Below are positions 9,114 to 19,264 of a stretch of DNA of 64,000 nucleotides, piece after piece. Numbering within the stretch: position 1 is the stretch's first letter; every line of letters begins with the position of its first letter. The stretch spans positions 1,088,001 to 1,152,000 of the forward strand of contig OY762964.1 in assembly GCA_963667035.1 (NCBI GenBank), given 5' to 3'. A model generated the notes under the pieces. The model did not search any database, was not told where the DNA came from, and saw nothing but the letters and a program-made list of their open reading frames with translations. The DNA is from Candidatus Cloacimonadales bacterium (GTDB lineage: Bacteria; Cloacimonadota; Cloacimonadia; Cloacimonadales; JAFGVF01). The position numbers and the translations under genes were made by a program.

Positions 9114-11402
9114 ATGGATAAGGTTAAAGAAAGTAAGCATCTGAGCGGTAAGTTGCATGTATGTGGAACTTCCAGATTCATTGGTGAAGAGAATCTCCCT
9201 CAAGGAATGTTGTATGCCCACGTTGTGACTTCTAATGTTGCTCATGGGGAGATAGTTTTAATTGATGATTCCGAATTGGAAATGATAAGTGGTTTCAGAT
9301 ATCTGATTACAGCCAGAGACATACCCGGTAAAAATAATATAGCTCATGGAAATGGAGATAATCAACCTTTATTGCCTGATAAGTTAGTAAAGTACTACGG
9401 GCAACCTGTTGCAATAGTCTTAGCAGATGATGCCTGGACAGCCGAGTATGCTGCCGGTAAGGTAAAAGTTGAGATTAAAGAATTAAAACCAATACTATCT
9501 ATAGAAGAAGCTGTTGAAGCGAGTGAGTATTATATCAATCCCAGAAGAATTGAAAGAGGCGATCCGGATAAGGGATTTGCTGAAGCGGATTTGATAATTG
9601 AAAAGACTATTGAAACAGGAGCTCAAGAGCATTTTTACCTTGAAACTCAACGTTGTCTAGCTATCCCAGAAGATAATGGTTGCTTTACTCTTTATTCATC
9701 TACTCAATCTACATCAGAGACCCAGGAAGTTACAGCACATGTGCTGGGTTTGACTTCCAACAAGATTACAGTTGATGTGAAAAGATTAGGTGGAGCATTT
9801 GGCGGTAAAGAATCTCAGGCTACTTTATGGGGGGCTTTATCTGCTCTTGGAGCTTATGTCTCAAAGAAACCGGTTCTACTCCAATTGAGAAGACCTACCG
9901 ATATGCAATCGACGGGGAAAAGACATCCTTTCAAGAATAAATTCAAACTGGGAGTCAAATCCGATGGGAGGATTACTGCTTTCGAAAACATACTTTATTC
10001 TAATGGAGGAGCATACACGGATTTGTCCATTGCTATTCTGGAAAGAGGATTGTATCATTCAGACCACGCTTATTATATACCTAATTCTACCTTTGTCGGT
10101 TATCCTTGCAGGACAAATCTGCCTCCTAATACAGCCTTTCGTGGATTTGGAGCTCCGCAGGGAATAATGAGCATTGAGTATGCTCTTGATATTGCTTCCC
10201 GTAAGCTGGGTATTGACCCGTTAGAGATAAGGCGTATCAATTGTTATAAAGAGAATCAGACAACTCCTTATGGCATGGATGTATTCGAACCTGTTGGAGC
10301 TGAGATGCTCAGTTTGTTAAGCGAAAATGTTGATTATATAGCATTGAGAGAGCAAGTTGATAGATTTAACGAAGTAAACAAACACAAGAAACAAGGAATC
10401 GGAGTTATACCCGGTAAGTTCGGTATATCTTTTACTGCCGGATTTCTAAATCAAGGTTCTTCATTAGTTTGGATTTATGCCGATGGAACAATCTCGGTAT
10501 CGCACGGTGGAATAGAAATGGGGCAGCAGGTGAATACTAAGGTTTGTCAGGTTGTAGCGGAAACTCTTGGAGTCAATATGGATAGAATCCGTATAGAATC
10601 TGCCAATACTAAAAGAGTAGGTAATGCTTCTCCTACTGCAGCATCTACAGGAAGCGATATAAATGGTTATGCTGCAAGAAATGCGGCTCTAAAATTGAAA
10701 GAACGACTATTATTAATTGCTGAGAGCTATTGGAAAGATAATGGTTTAGTGATTAAACATGAGATAGTAATAGATAAAGACTTCTTTGTATCGGGAGATA
10801 TAAAAGTACCATTTAGTGATTTAGTTCATTATGCCTATTTCAATTGTGTTGATTTAGGTGCACATGGATATTATCATACACCGGGAATAGAATTCGACCA
10901 TGAAAAGGGTAAAGGACGACCGTTTGCGTACTTTGTTTATGGTGCCGCTTTATCGCTTGTAGAAGTTGACCTGTATACCGGGGAATATTCACTAAAGAAG
11001 GTCTCGATAGTTCACGATAACTCATCCCCGATAAATGCAGAGATTGATAAGGGACAAATCTACGGAGCTTTTACACAAGGTTACGGACTATGTACTATGG
11101 AAGAGCTTCCTTATGATAAAAAGGGACGCTATTTAGCAGTTAATCCTTCCACATACAAGATACCTTGCATTAAAGATATTCCTGATGATTTTAATGTAGA
11201 TATGGTGACTGTTGAGAGAGAACATGCTAGCGTAATGGGAAGTAAGGCCGTTGGTGAGCCACCATTGATATATGGGTTATCAGTGTGGTTAGCCTTGTTT
11301 GATGTTGTAAAGAAATGCAATCCCGATTATGATGATTTAAAGTTTCCTGCTACTCCCGAAGCAGTTTTGATGGCAATATCCAATGAAGGAGATAACTTAT
11401 GA
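9114..11402 (+). CDS. xdhB: Xanthine dehydrogenase molybdopterin-binding subunit
   Basis: QEHFYLE, GGAFGGKE, AFRGFGAPQG, EMGQ, PTAASTGSD and SKAVGEPP motifs. Confidence 0.92.
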   Translation: MDKVKESKHLSGKLHVCGTSRFIGEENLPQGMLYAHVVTSNVAHGEIVLIDDSELEMISGFRYLITARDIPGKNNIAHGNGDNQPLLPDKLVKYYGQPVAIVLADDAWTAEYAAGKVKVEIKELKPILSIEEAVEASEYYINPRRIERGDPDKGFAEADLIIEKTIETGAQEHFYLETQRCLAIPEDNGCFTLYSSTQSTSETQEVTAHVLGLTSNKITVDVKRLGGAFGGKESQATLWGALSALGAYVSKKPVLLQLRRPTDMQSTGKRHPFKNKFKLGVKSDGRITAFENILYSNGGAYTDLSIAILERGLYHSDHAYYIPNSTFVGYPCRTNLPPNTAFRGFGAPQGIMSIEYALDIASRKLGIDPLEIRRINCYKENQTTPYGMDVFEPVGAEMLSLLSENVDYIALREQVDRFNEVNKHKKQGIGVIPGKFGISFTAGFLNQGSSLVWIYADGTISVSHGGIEMGQQVNTKVCQVVAETLGVNMDRIRIESANTKRVGNASPTAASTGSDINGYAARNAALKLKERLLLIAESYWKDNGLVIKHEIVIDKDFFVSGDIKVPFSDLVHYAYFNCVDLGAHGYYHTPGIEFDHEKGKGRPFAYFVYGAALSLVEVDLYTGEYSLKKVSIVHDNSSPINAEIDKGQIYGAFTQGYGLCTMEELPYDKKGRYLAVNPSTYKIPCIKDIPDDFNVDMVTVEREHASVMGSKAVGEPPLIYGLSVWLALFDVVKKCNPDYDDLKFPATPEAVLMAISNEGDNL

Positions 11403-13861
11403 GGCTAACTGATGCTCAATTACAAAATGAAATAGAGAGATGTGCTTATTGTGAAGAAAAACCATGTACTAAAGCATGCCCTGTCGGATGCAGTCCTGCT
11501 GATTTCTTAATGGCTGCTAAAACGGGGAACAATAGTGATTATAAAAGAGCAGCAAGCATGATTCTATCTATGAATCCCCTGGGCTCTGTGTGTGGGGATG
11601 TTTGCCCGGATAAGCATTGCATGGAGGCATGTTCTCACAAACTATTTGATGCTCCTATTAGAATACCAGACTGTCAAGCTACAATTATGGCTAAAGCAAG
11701 AGAGTTGGGAGCTATGCCAGAGTTTAGAGTTCATGAGAGTAACAACAAGTGTATTGCAATCTTAGGTGCAGGTCCTGCAGGATGGGGTGCTGCTGTTGTA
11801 TTGGCTCAATTGGGATATAATATAGATATTTATGACAGAGAGATCGAGATTGGGGGAGCTATGCTCTACATTCCTGATCATAGACTTGATAAAACAATAC
11901 TGAGAGATGATATTGAATTCTTCATGAATGAGGATAGAATTCAGTTTTACCCTGATACTGAGATTACGGATTTAAATGAGTTAAGGGCAAACTATGATGC
12001 AGTTATCATAGCAACAGGATTATGGGATGTGATGAATTTACCTATTCCGGGAAATGAATATGGAATAGGATGGGATAAGTTTTTGAAGCTGGAAGATGAC
12101 CTTTCCGGTAAGTCAATAGCCGTAATCGGTGGAGGTGCTATTGCACTTGATTGTGCAGTAACAGCACAGAAAGCAGAAGCCACTTTAGTTGATATGATTA
12201 TGCTTGAGAACACATCCGAGATGCTGTTGTCAGTAAAAGAGCGTGAAGAACTGAGAGAGAACAACATCAATACTATCTGCCGTACTCAAGTAACTGCTAT
12301 AACTAATACAGATTCAAATCAACTCAGTGTTGCAGGTGAAAGAGTTAAACTGGAAAGCGAAACATTCTCATTGAAAGGAATAAAAGCTATTAAAGGTACA
12401 GAGCATTTCATAAATGACTATGATTACATTGTCTGGGCAATAGGCTCAAGACAGGAGATAAGCTTTGAAGAGCAAAATGGTTTGTTCTTTGCAGGTGATT
12501 TCAAAAATGGAGCAACCACTGTTGTTGAAGCAGTGGCTTCAGGAAAGAATGCAGCAAGCAGAGTTGATGCCTTTGTTTTTGATATACCCAAATCATCTAT
12601 TGAAAATGAACTCCACTCTGATGTTGAGCTGATGGGAGTAATAAAATATCCGGTTAACTTAAAGTGTGATTTCTTCGGGAAAGAGTTATCTACACCATTT
12701 ATTCTGTCTGCATCACCTCCTTCAGATGGCTATGAGCAAATGAAAAGAGCTTTTGAAGCAGGTTGGTCCGGTGGTGTAATGAAGACAGTCTTTGATGGTC
12801 TTGATATTCATATCCCGAGTGAATACATGTTTAAAATTACTAATGATACTTATGCAAATTGTGACAATGTTTCGGGTCATCCTTTAGAAAGAGCAGCATT
12901 TGAAGCAGCACAGCTGATTGAAGAATACCCTGATAGATTGATAATGGTCTCCACGGGTGGACCTGTGACTGGTGATGATGAGAAGGATAAAGCCGTTTGG
13001 CAATCCAATACAAGAAAGCTTGAACAAGCAGGTGTACATGGAATTGAGTATTCGTTATCGTGTCCCCAAGGTGGAGATGGTACTGAAGGTGATATAGTAT
13101 CTCAAAATGCTCCATTAACTGCTAAGATAGTAGAATGGATAATGGAGATTTCGAATCCTGACATCCCTAAACTGTTTAAGCTAACAGGAGCAGTTACGTC
13201 CGTTATCCCGATTCTTAGAGCTATTAAAGCTGTCTTAGATAAGTATCCGGACAAGAAAGCGGGAGTAACACTTGCCAATTCATTCCCTTCTTTGGAGTTT
13301 AGAGATACAGGTAAGGGAAAGTGGGATGAAGGTATAATTGTAGGTTTAAGCGGAGAAGGTGTACGCAATATATCTAATCTTACACTTGCTAATGCTTCAA
13401 GTGAAGGTCTATACATATCAGGTAACGGTGGACCTATGAACTATAAAGCAATTGCTGATTTCTTGGCTCTCGGAGTTGGCTCTGTTCAACTTTGCACAGC
13501 ACCAACTAAATATGGAGTGAACTATTTCAATGAGTTAGCTCAAGGACTTTCCTATTATATGAAAGAGAGGGGTATTGGCAGTATTGCCGAGTTACGTGGT
13601 ATTGCTTTGCCTAATCCTGTTACTGACTTCATGGATCTTACTCCTGTTAAGAGGATCTCGGATGTGAATCCTGAACTTTGTGTATCATGCGGGAATTGTG
13701 CTCGTTGTCCATACATGGCAATAGAGCTTAATAAAAAGGGTATTCCCGAGACAAATCCTGAAAAGTGTATCGGTTGTAGTATCTGTGTTCAGAAGTGCTT
13801 TACCGGGGCTATGTTTATGCGTGAGAGAACCAAGGAAGAAGCTGAAGCACTCAAAGAATAA
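11399..13861 (+). CDS. Dihydropyrimidine-dehydrogenase-like flavoprotein: GltD/PreT-like FAD/Fe-S domain fused to PreA/DHOD-like FMN barrel and C-terminal 4Fe-4S dicluster
   Basis: N-terminal CxxCxxxPC...CP; GAGPAG and GGGAIALD Rossmann motifs; SLSCP and ISGNGG in the barrel; CVSCGNC and CIGCSICVQKC at the end; ATGA overlap with xdhB. Confidence 0.8.
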   Translation: MRLTDAQLQNEIERCAYCEEKPCTKACPVGCSPADFLMAAKTGNNSDYKRAASMILSMNPLGSVCGDVCPDKHCMEACSHKLFDAPIRIPDCQATIMAKARELGAMPEFRVHESNNKCIAILGAGPAGWGAAVVLAQLGYNIDIYDREIEIGGAMLYIPDHRLDKTILRDDIEFFMNEDRIQFYPDTEITDLNELRANYDAVIIATGLWDVMNLPIPGNEYGIGWDKFLKLEDDLSGKSIAVIGGGAIALDCAVTAQKAEATLVDMIMLENTSEMLLSVKEREELRENNINTICRTQVTAITNTDSNQLSVAGERVKLESETFSLKGIKAIKGTEHFINDYDYIVWAIGSRQEISFEEQNGLFFAGDFKNGATTVVEAVASGKNAASRVDAFVFDIPKSSIENELHSDVELMGVIKYPVNLKCDFFGKELSTPFILSASPPSDGYEQMKRAFEAGWSGGVMKTVFDGLDIHIPSEYMFKITNDTYANCDNVSGHPLERAAFEAAQLIEEYPDRLIMVSTGGPVTGDDEKDKAVWQSNTRKLEQAGVHGIEYSLSCPQGGDGTEGDIVSQNAPLTAKIVEWIMEISNPDIPKLFKLTGAVTSVIPILRAIKAVLDKYPDKKAGVTLANSFPSLEFRDTGKGKWDEGIIVGLSGEGVRNISNLTLANASSEGLYISGNGGPMNYKAIADFLALGVGSVQLCTAPTKYGVNYFNELAQGLSYYMKERGIGSIAELRGIALPNPVTDFMDLTPVKRISDVNPELCVSCGNCARCPYMAIELNKKGIPETNPEKCIGCSICVQKCFTGAMFMRERTKEEAEALKE

Positions 13862-13870
13862 GGAACAATT

Positions 13871-15199
13871 ATGAAAATTAGAATAAAGAATGGGATTATT
13901 ATAACATTAAATGCCAATCAAGATGTTTTATACAACCATGATCTGGTAATTAACGATGAGTTTATAGAAGGTGTCTATCCCTCAGACACTGTAAATGGGG
14001 TCTTCGATAAAGAGATAGACGCAACCGATAAAGTTATAATGCCGGGATATATTAATGCTCACATGCATTTCTATTCTACAATGGTTAGAGGTCTTGGTAA
14101 AGCAAAACCATCAGCTAACTTCAATGAAGTACTTGAGAATCTATGGTGGCGTTTGGATAAGAAACTCATGCTGGAAGATGTTTATTACAGTGCATTAATC
14201 ATGCAGGTAGAGGCTATCAAGAAAGGTTGCACTACTCTCATTGACCACCATGCAAGTCCATTTGCAGTTTTAGGTTCACTCACAGAGATTGAGAAAGGTT
14301 TTATCGGAACAGGATTAAGAGGTAGTCTGTGTTATGAGCTATCCGATAGAGATGGTGAACATATCATGAATGAAGGGATTGAAGAGAATGTCTCATTTAT
14401 CAAGAGGTGTAAAGAAAGGGGTGGTGATATGCTCTCAGGTATGTTTGGAATGCATGCATCATTTACTATCTCAGATAAGACAATGCAGAAAGCCGTTGAT
14501 GCTAATAGCAGTCTAAACACAGGTTTCCATATCCACTGTGCAGAGGCGGACAGTGACCAGCAGGAGACTATCAAAATGACTGGTATGCGTGTTGTAGAAC
14601 GACTTTACAAGGAATGTATTCTAGGAGCAAAGACTATTTGTGCTCATGGTGTTCATCTTAATGACGAAGAGTATAGACTACTAGCTGAGACAGATACAAT
14701 GGTTGTTCATAATCCTCAATCAAACATGAACAATGCTGTTGGGATTGCCGATGTAGTGAAACTCAGCGAACATAGTATTCTAACAGGTTTGGGAACTGAT
14801 GCTATGACAGTTGATATGGCTCAAGAAGTAAGAGTTGCTATGTGGGCTCAACATCTAAAGCAGAATAATCCTACTGCTGCTTTTATGGAAGTTGCAAACC
14901 TTTTATATAAGAATAATGCTAAGATTGCTAATCGTGTGTTCAACGGACTGAAAATCGGACAGCTTACTAAAGGTTACAAAGCCGATGTCATACTTTGTGA
15001 TTATCTACCACCGACTGAACTTAACAATGCAACTGCTTTGGGACATTTAATCTATGGTGTGAGCGGAGCAACTGTTGACACAACTATTTGTAACGGTAGA
15101 GTTCTGATGGAGAATAAACTATTGCAACTTGATTTGGATGAAGTAGAGATTAACAAGAAATCAAGAGCATTATCAACTGAATTATGGAATAGATTTTAG
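13871..15199 (+). CDS. ssnA: SsnA-family amidohydrolase
   Basis: NAHMHFYS, LENLWWRLD, DHHASP, GMHASFT, HIHCAE and HNPQSNMNNAVG motifs. Confidence 0.88.
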   Translation: MKIRIKNGIIITLNANQDVLYNHDLVINDEFIEGVYPSDTVNGVFDKEIDATDKVIMPGYINAHMHFYSTMVRGLGKAKPSANFNEVLENLWWRLDKKLMLEDVYYSALIMQVEAIKKGCTTLIDHHASPFAVLGSLTEIEKGFIGTGLRGSLCYELSDRDGEHIMNEGIEENVSFIKRCKERGGDMLSGMFGMHASFTISDKTMQKAVDANSSLNTGFHIHCAEADSDQQETIKMTGMRVVERLYKECILGAKTICAHGVHLNDEEYRLLAETDTMVVHNPQSNMNNAVGIADVVKLSEHSILTGLGTDAMTVDMAQEVRVAMWAQHLKQNNPTAAFMEVANLLYKNNAKIANRVFNGLKIGQLTKGYKADVILCDYLPPTELNNATALGHLIYGVSGATVDTTICNGRVLMENKLLQLDLDEVEINKKSRALSTELWNRF

Positions 15200-15208
15200 G
15201 AGAGATAA

Positions 15209-16411
15209 ATGGAATTGTATAAAAAGATTTATGATAGAGCAAAAGAAATAGAACCCATTATTGCCGACTTCCTTTCTCGTTTAGTACAAACACCATCTTT
15301 CTCAATGAAAGAAAGAGATGTTGTAGAAGTTATTCGGAAAGAGATGGAAAAGCTAGACTTTGATGAAATTAGAGTTGATGCTCTTGGCTCAATAATAGGT
15401 CGAATTGGTACCGGTAAAAGACTTATCGCATTTGACGCACATATTGACACTGTATATCCTGGTAATAGAGATAACTGGGATTTCGAACCGTTCAGTGGGC
15501 ATATCAAAGATGGATATCTATGGGGTAGAGGTGCTTCAGATCAAAAAGGTGGTCTTGCATCCATGATTTATGCAGCTAAGCTCATCAAAGAATTAGACCT
15601 TAATGATGAGTTTACAATTCTCTTTACCGGTACTGTGATGGAAGAGGACTGCGATGGTATTGCTTGGGAACACATGATTAAGGAAGATAATATCCGTCCG
15701 GAACTAGTTGTCAGCACTGAACCTACCTCCCTTAGCATATATAGAGGACAACGAGGCAGAATGGAAATATCTGCTGAAGTAAGAGGAATCTCTTGTCACG
15801 GTTCAGCTCCTGAGAGAGGTGATAATGCTATTTATAAAATGGCTCGTATTGCTTTTGAGATAGAAAAGCTTAACGATAATCTTCAACATGATGATTTCTT
15901 GGGGAAGGGTACAATTACAACTTCTGTATTTAAATCCGATAGTCCTTCTCAATGTGCTGTAGCTGATTATGCATATCTACAAGTTGACAGAAGGCTTACT
16001 GACGGTGAAACAAAAGAACTTGCTGTTAAGCAATTAAGCGAATGTGCTGAAAGAGCAGGTGTGGAAGCTGATATAAAGGTTTTGACTTATGAAGAGAAAG
16101 CTTACACTGGCAAGGTATATCCCGTCGAAAAATATTATCCGACTTGGGTATTAGATAAAGATTCAATTTATCTTGATAAAGCGGAAACTGCTTTCATCAA
16201 TATCTTCAACAAGAAGCCACTTATTGATAAATGGACATTCTCCACAAACTGCGTGTTTATAATGGGTAAGCATCCCGAGATTAAATGTATGGGTTTCGGT
16301 CCCGGTGACGAAGACCAAGCACATGCTCCGAATGAGAGAATCAAAGTATCTGATTTAGGTGATGCAACAGCATTCTATGCAGGACTGGTAGCACAACTTA
16401 ACGGCAGGTAA
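15209..16411 (+). CDS. ygeY: YgeY-family M20 metallohydrolase
   Basis: FDAHIDTV, GRGASDQKGG, MEEDCDG, RGQRGRMEI, SCHGSAPERGDNAIYKM, WTFSTN and AHAPNE motifs. Confidence 0.88.
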   Translation: MELYKKIYDRAKEIEPIIADFLSRLVQTPSFSMKERDVVEVIRKEMEKLDFDEIRVDALGSIIGRIGTGKRLIAFDAHIDTVYPGNRDNWDFEPFSGHIKDGYLWGRGASDQKGGLASMIYAAKLIKELDLNDEFTILFTGTVMEEDCDGIAWEHMIKEDNIRPELVVSTEPTSLSIYRGQRGRMEISAEVRGISCHGSAPERGDNAIYKMARIAFEIEKLNDNLQHDDFLGKGTITTSVFKSDSPSQCAVADYAYLQVDRRLTDGETKELAVKQLSECAERAGVEADIKVLTYEEKAYTGKVYPVEKYYPTWVLDKDSIYLDKAETAFINIFNKKPLIDKWTFSTNCVFIMGKHPEIKCMGFGPGDEDQAHAPNERIKVSDLGDATAFYAGLVAQLNGR

Positions 16412-16412
16412 T

Positions 16413-17564
16413 ATGCAATACTACGAATGTATTGAGTGTGGCAAAAAGTACTCAACCGAAGAGGTGCATTATCTTTGTGATGCATGCGGTAAGGATTGGC
16501 ATCCCGGTACCCCGTTAAGAGGTGTGTTAAAAACAATTCTTGATTACGAGATGATTAAGCGTGAGTTCAATTTTAAGAAACCCGATTGGAATCTCTTTTT
16601 TCCTGTGGATAGAAAGTTCTATCCTCCCATTAGCATAGGGAATACTCCTTTCTTTAATGCCGATAAACTTAGTCAAGAGTATGGTTTCACAGTCTCAATC
16701 AAATTTGACGGTTGTAATCCAAGCGGTTCTTTAAAGGACAGAGCTTCATTCTTGGTTGTTGCTGAAGCGATAAGACTGGGGAGAAAGGAAATTGTTTGTG
16801 CATCTACAGGTAATGCCGCTTCTGCATTAGCTACGATTTGTGCCTCAACTGATGTAAAAGCAAAAATATTTGTTTCCCAATCAGCTCCCGAAGCTAAGCT
16901 GATACAAATGAAATTAAGTGGTGCGGAAGTAGTTGAAGTTAAGGGGAGTTATGACGATGCATTTAAAGTATCAATTGAAGATACGGAACAGCATGGGACT
17001 CTAAATAGGAACACTGCTTTTCATCCTCTGACAATTGAAGGAAAGAAGACAGTTGCTTTTGAAATCTATGAGCAAAACGGATTCAAAGTTCCTGATTATA
17101 TTGTCATTCCTGTTGGGGACGGAGTAATTCTTTCTGGAGTTGCAAAAGGATTCGAAGATTTACTACAGGTGGGATTCATAAACAGGCTCCCAAGACTGGT
17201 GTCAGTTCAAACTGCTACATCTGATGCGATAAATAATTACTTTGATACAGGAGATTATAGGGACGCAGTAAACCCCGATACGGTAGCCGATTCTATCAGT
17301 GTTAAGACGCCTTCAAATCTTTATATGGCAGTGAAGTATCTTAATACATTTAAAGGAATTTCTATAACAGTACCGGAAGAGAATATATTACCTGCCCAGA
17401 AAGCTCTATTTAGGAAGTCAGGTGTTTTTGCAGAGCCTGCCGCAGCTGTGACATATTTAGCATTGGAGCATCTAAAGGGTAGGATTAGCAGTAACGAGCA
17501 AGTAGTACTTCTTGTTACCGGACACGGTCTGAAAGACATTGCGAGTGCTAAAAAGAATGTCTAA
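16413..17564 (+). CDS. Threonine-synthase-like PLP-dependent enzyme (fold type II)
   Basis: N-terminal CxxC...CxxC; NPSGSLKDR, ASTGNAA, EGKKT, PVGDG and TGHGLKD motifs; embedded in the purine cluster. Confidence 0.8.
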   Translation: MQYYECIECGKKYSTEEVHYLCDACGKDWHPGTPLRGVLKTILDYEMIKREFNFKKPDWNLFFPVDRKFYPPISIGNTPFFNADKLSQEYGFTVSIKFDGCNPSGSLKDRASFLVVAEAIRLGRKEIVCASTGNAASALATICASTDVKAKIFVSQSAPEAKLIQMKLSGAEVVEVKGSYDDAFKVSIEDTEQHGTLNRNTAFHPLTIEGKKTVAFEIYEQNGFKVPDYIVIPVGDGVILSGVAKGFEDLLQVGFINRLPRLVSVQTATSDAINNYFDTGDYRDAVNPDTVADSISVKTPSNLYMAVKYLNTFKGISITVPEENILPAQKALFRKSGVFAEPAAAVTYLALEHLKGRISSNEQVVLLVTGHGLKDIASAKKNV

Positions 17565-18813
17565 GCTTTTGATAAAGAACGCTAGAGTAGTAAATCCGGA
17601 CTCTGTTTCCGATGCTGATGTACTCATCTCCGGTGATATGATTACTCGTGTAGAACCAGGTATTAAGGATACTGAAGCAAAAATCATAGATGCAACCGGA
17701 CTTCACCTGTTTCCCGGTTTCATAGATTTTCATGTCCATCTTCAAGATAGAATTGGTGATTACTATATTGCCGATACTTATGAGGAAGGCTCCAACATTG
17801 CTATAAACAATGGGATAACTACAATCTGCAGTTTCATAACTCAGAAGAAAGGCATGACCTTAAAGCAAACGGTAGATGAAACTGTTCAAACTTATAAATC
17901 CAAGATAAAGACTGGCATACACTGGCATCTTACTCCCACAACTTTTAGTGATGAAGATTTAAAGGAGATAGAAGAGCTAATTGATTCCGGGTGGAATACT
18001 TTTAAATTCTACACAACCTATAAGAAGAACGGACTCTTTGCTGGCTATGAGGCAATCGAGACATTTGCTCAAAGCTTCAAGGATAAAGATATAACTATCA
18101 TGGTTCATTGTCAGGATGATGAGATTTTGAATTATAAACACTTCTCACTTGTCAGTGAAATTGAGACTGAGTATTCTCAACGCTCGGAAAGGTATGCAGT
18201 TCGTAAGATAGTGGAGATTGCAGAAAGAAACAAAGTTCATTTTCATATCGTTCATCTTTCCAATGCAAATAGCTATATTGTATCTGATTATCTTACTTAT
18301 GAGACCTGTCCTCAATACCTTTTTCTTACAAATGATGTCTACCGAAAAGAAGATGGATATAAGTATCTTTGCAGTCCCTATTTTGGTGACGAAGACAACA
18401 GACAGCGTTTGATTTCCTTAGTCCGGGACGGTGATATAGATGTTCTGGCAACTGATCATTGTCCGTTTACAAACTCAGATAAAGCTTCGCATGCGGATAA
18501 CTTAACAAAAATACCCAATGGTCTTTGCGGACTTGATTACCTCGTACCTCTAGCTTTCAAATCACTGCATGACCTACATAACCATAATCTTATGCAACTT
18601 TGCAGGATGCTCTCATATAATCCGGCCCACTTAATTGGTGAATCAAGTCAACTGGGACAAATTAAACAAGGATTTAAGGCTGATTTAGTTCTAGTAGATA
18701 TAAACTTAGGGTGTCAACTTAGATCACGTAAGAATCTTCATAATTCATATCAGGGAGTATATTCTGATGTTTTCATTAAGTACATTATTCGTGGTGGGGA
18801 GATTATCAGATAG
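17557..18813 (+). CDS. Dihydropyrimidinase/hydantoinase-like cyclic amidohydrolase (HyuA-like)
   Basis: PGFIDFHVH, FKFY, HIVHLS, ETCPQYL, CSP, ATDHCPF and IPNG motifs; ATG at 17557 overlaps the upstream stop. Confidence 0.8.
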   Translation: MSKLLIKNARVVNPDSVSDADVLISGDMITRVEPGIKDTEAKIIDATGLHLFPGFIDFHVHLQDRIGDYYIADTYEEGSNIAINNGITTICSFITQKKGMTLKQTVDETVQTYKSKIKTGIHWHLTPTTFSDEDLKEIEELIDSGWNTFKFYTTYKKNGLFAGYEAIETFAQSFKDKDITIMVHCQDDEILNYKHFSLVSEIETEYSQRSERYAVRKIVEIAERNKVHFHIVHLSNANSYIVSDYLTYETCPQYLFLTNDVYRKEDGYKYLCSPYFGDEDNRQRLISLVRDGDIDVLATDHCPFTNSDKASHADNLTKIPNGLCGLDYLVPLAFKSLHDLHNHNLMQLCRMLSYNPAHLIGESSQLGQIKQGFKADLVLVDINLGCQLRSRKNLHNSYQGVYSDVFIKYIIRGGEIIR

Positions 18814-18927
18814 TTTAAACTAGCATACAAGTTTTTGTGATCCGGTCGGAGAAGACATTTAATCCCCATATTATTTACTATTTTTCAGCATCTTTTACTC
18901 ACAATTTTCAGACTATCTATCAAAACG

Positions 18928-19035
18928 CAATTTTCCCACTGTTTTTCCACTGTGTAGGCACTATCAACCCGGTGTTTCAATGAGTGGACACTGCGTTCAC
19001 AGTGCATGCACACTGGGAACGCAGTGCGTTGGTAG
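18928..19035 (+). repeat. Phased CACTG/CAGTG dyad element, copy B
   Basis: Gap-free alignment with copies A, C and D. Confidence 0.85.
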
Positions 19036-19264
19036 AATGTGAAGTGAATTAGAGATGAAAGGGCATAATAATTGCGTAAGTTATTGCAAAACGCAGTGTA
19101 TGGAGATCTCTATCCATGATTACAACAGCATGGATAGGCCTTCGGTATTTATAAGCAATTCACATTTCGGTTGTCTATCAACAAACATAATGCTATAAAT
19201 GCTTTGACATAGCAGTAACAATTATTAATGCTTGAATACATACTTTTAAAGGAGTTGTTTATCT

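Noticed and set aside
18928..19035. Phased CACTG elements as CRISPR repeats, tRNAs or small coding ORFs
   Set aside because: They are dispersed singletons with no cloverleaf, and the ORFs overlapping them (3864-4148, 4195-4410, 35020-35316) share no conserved start or length.
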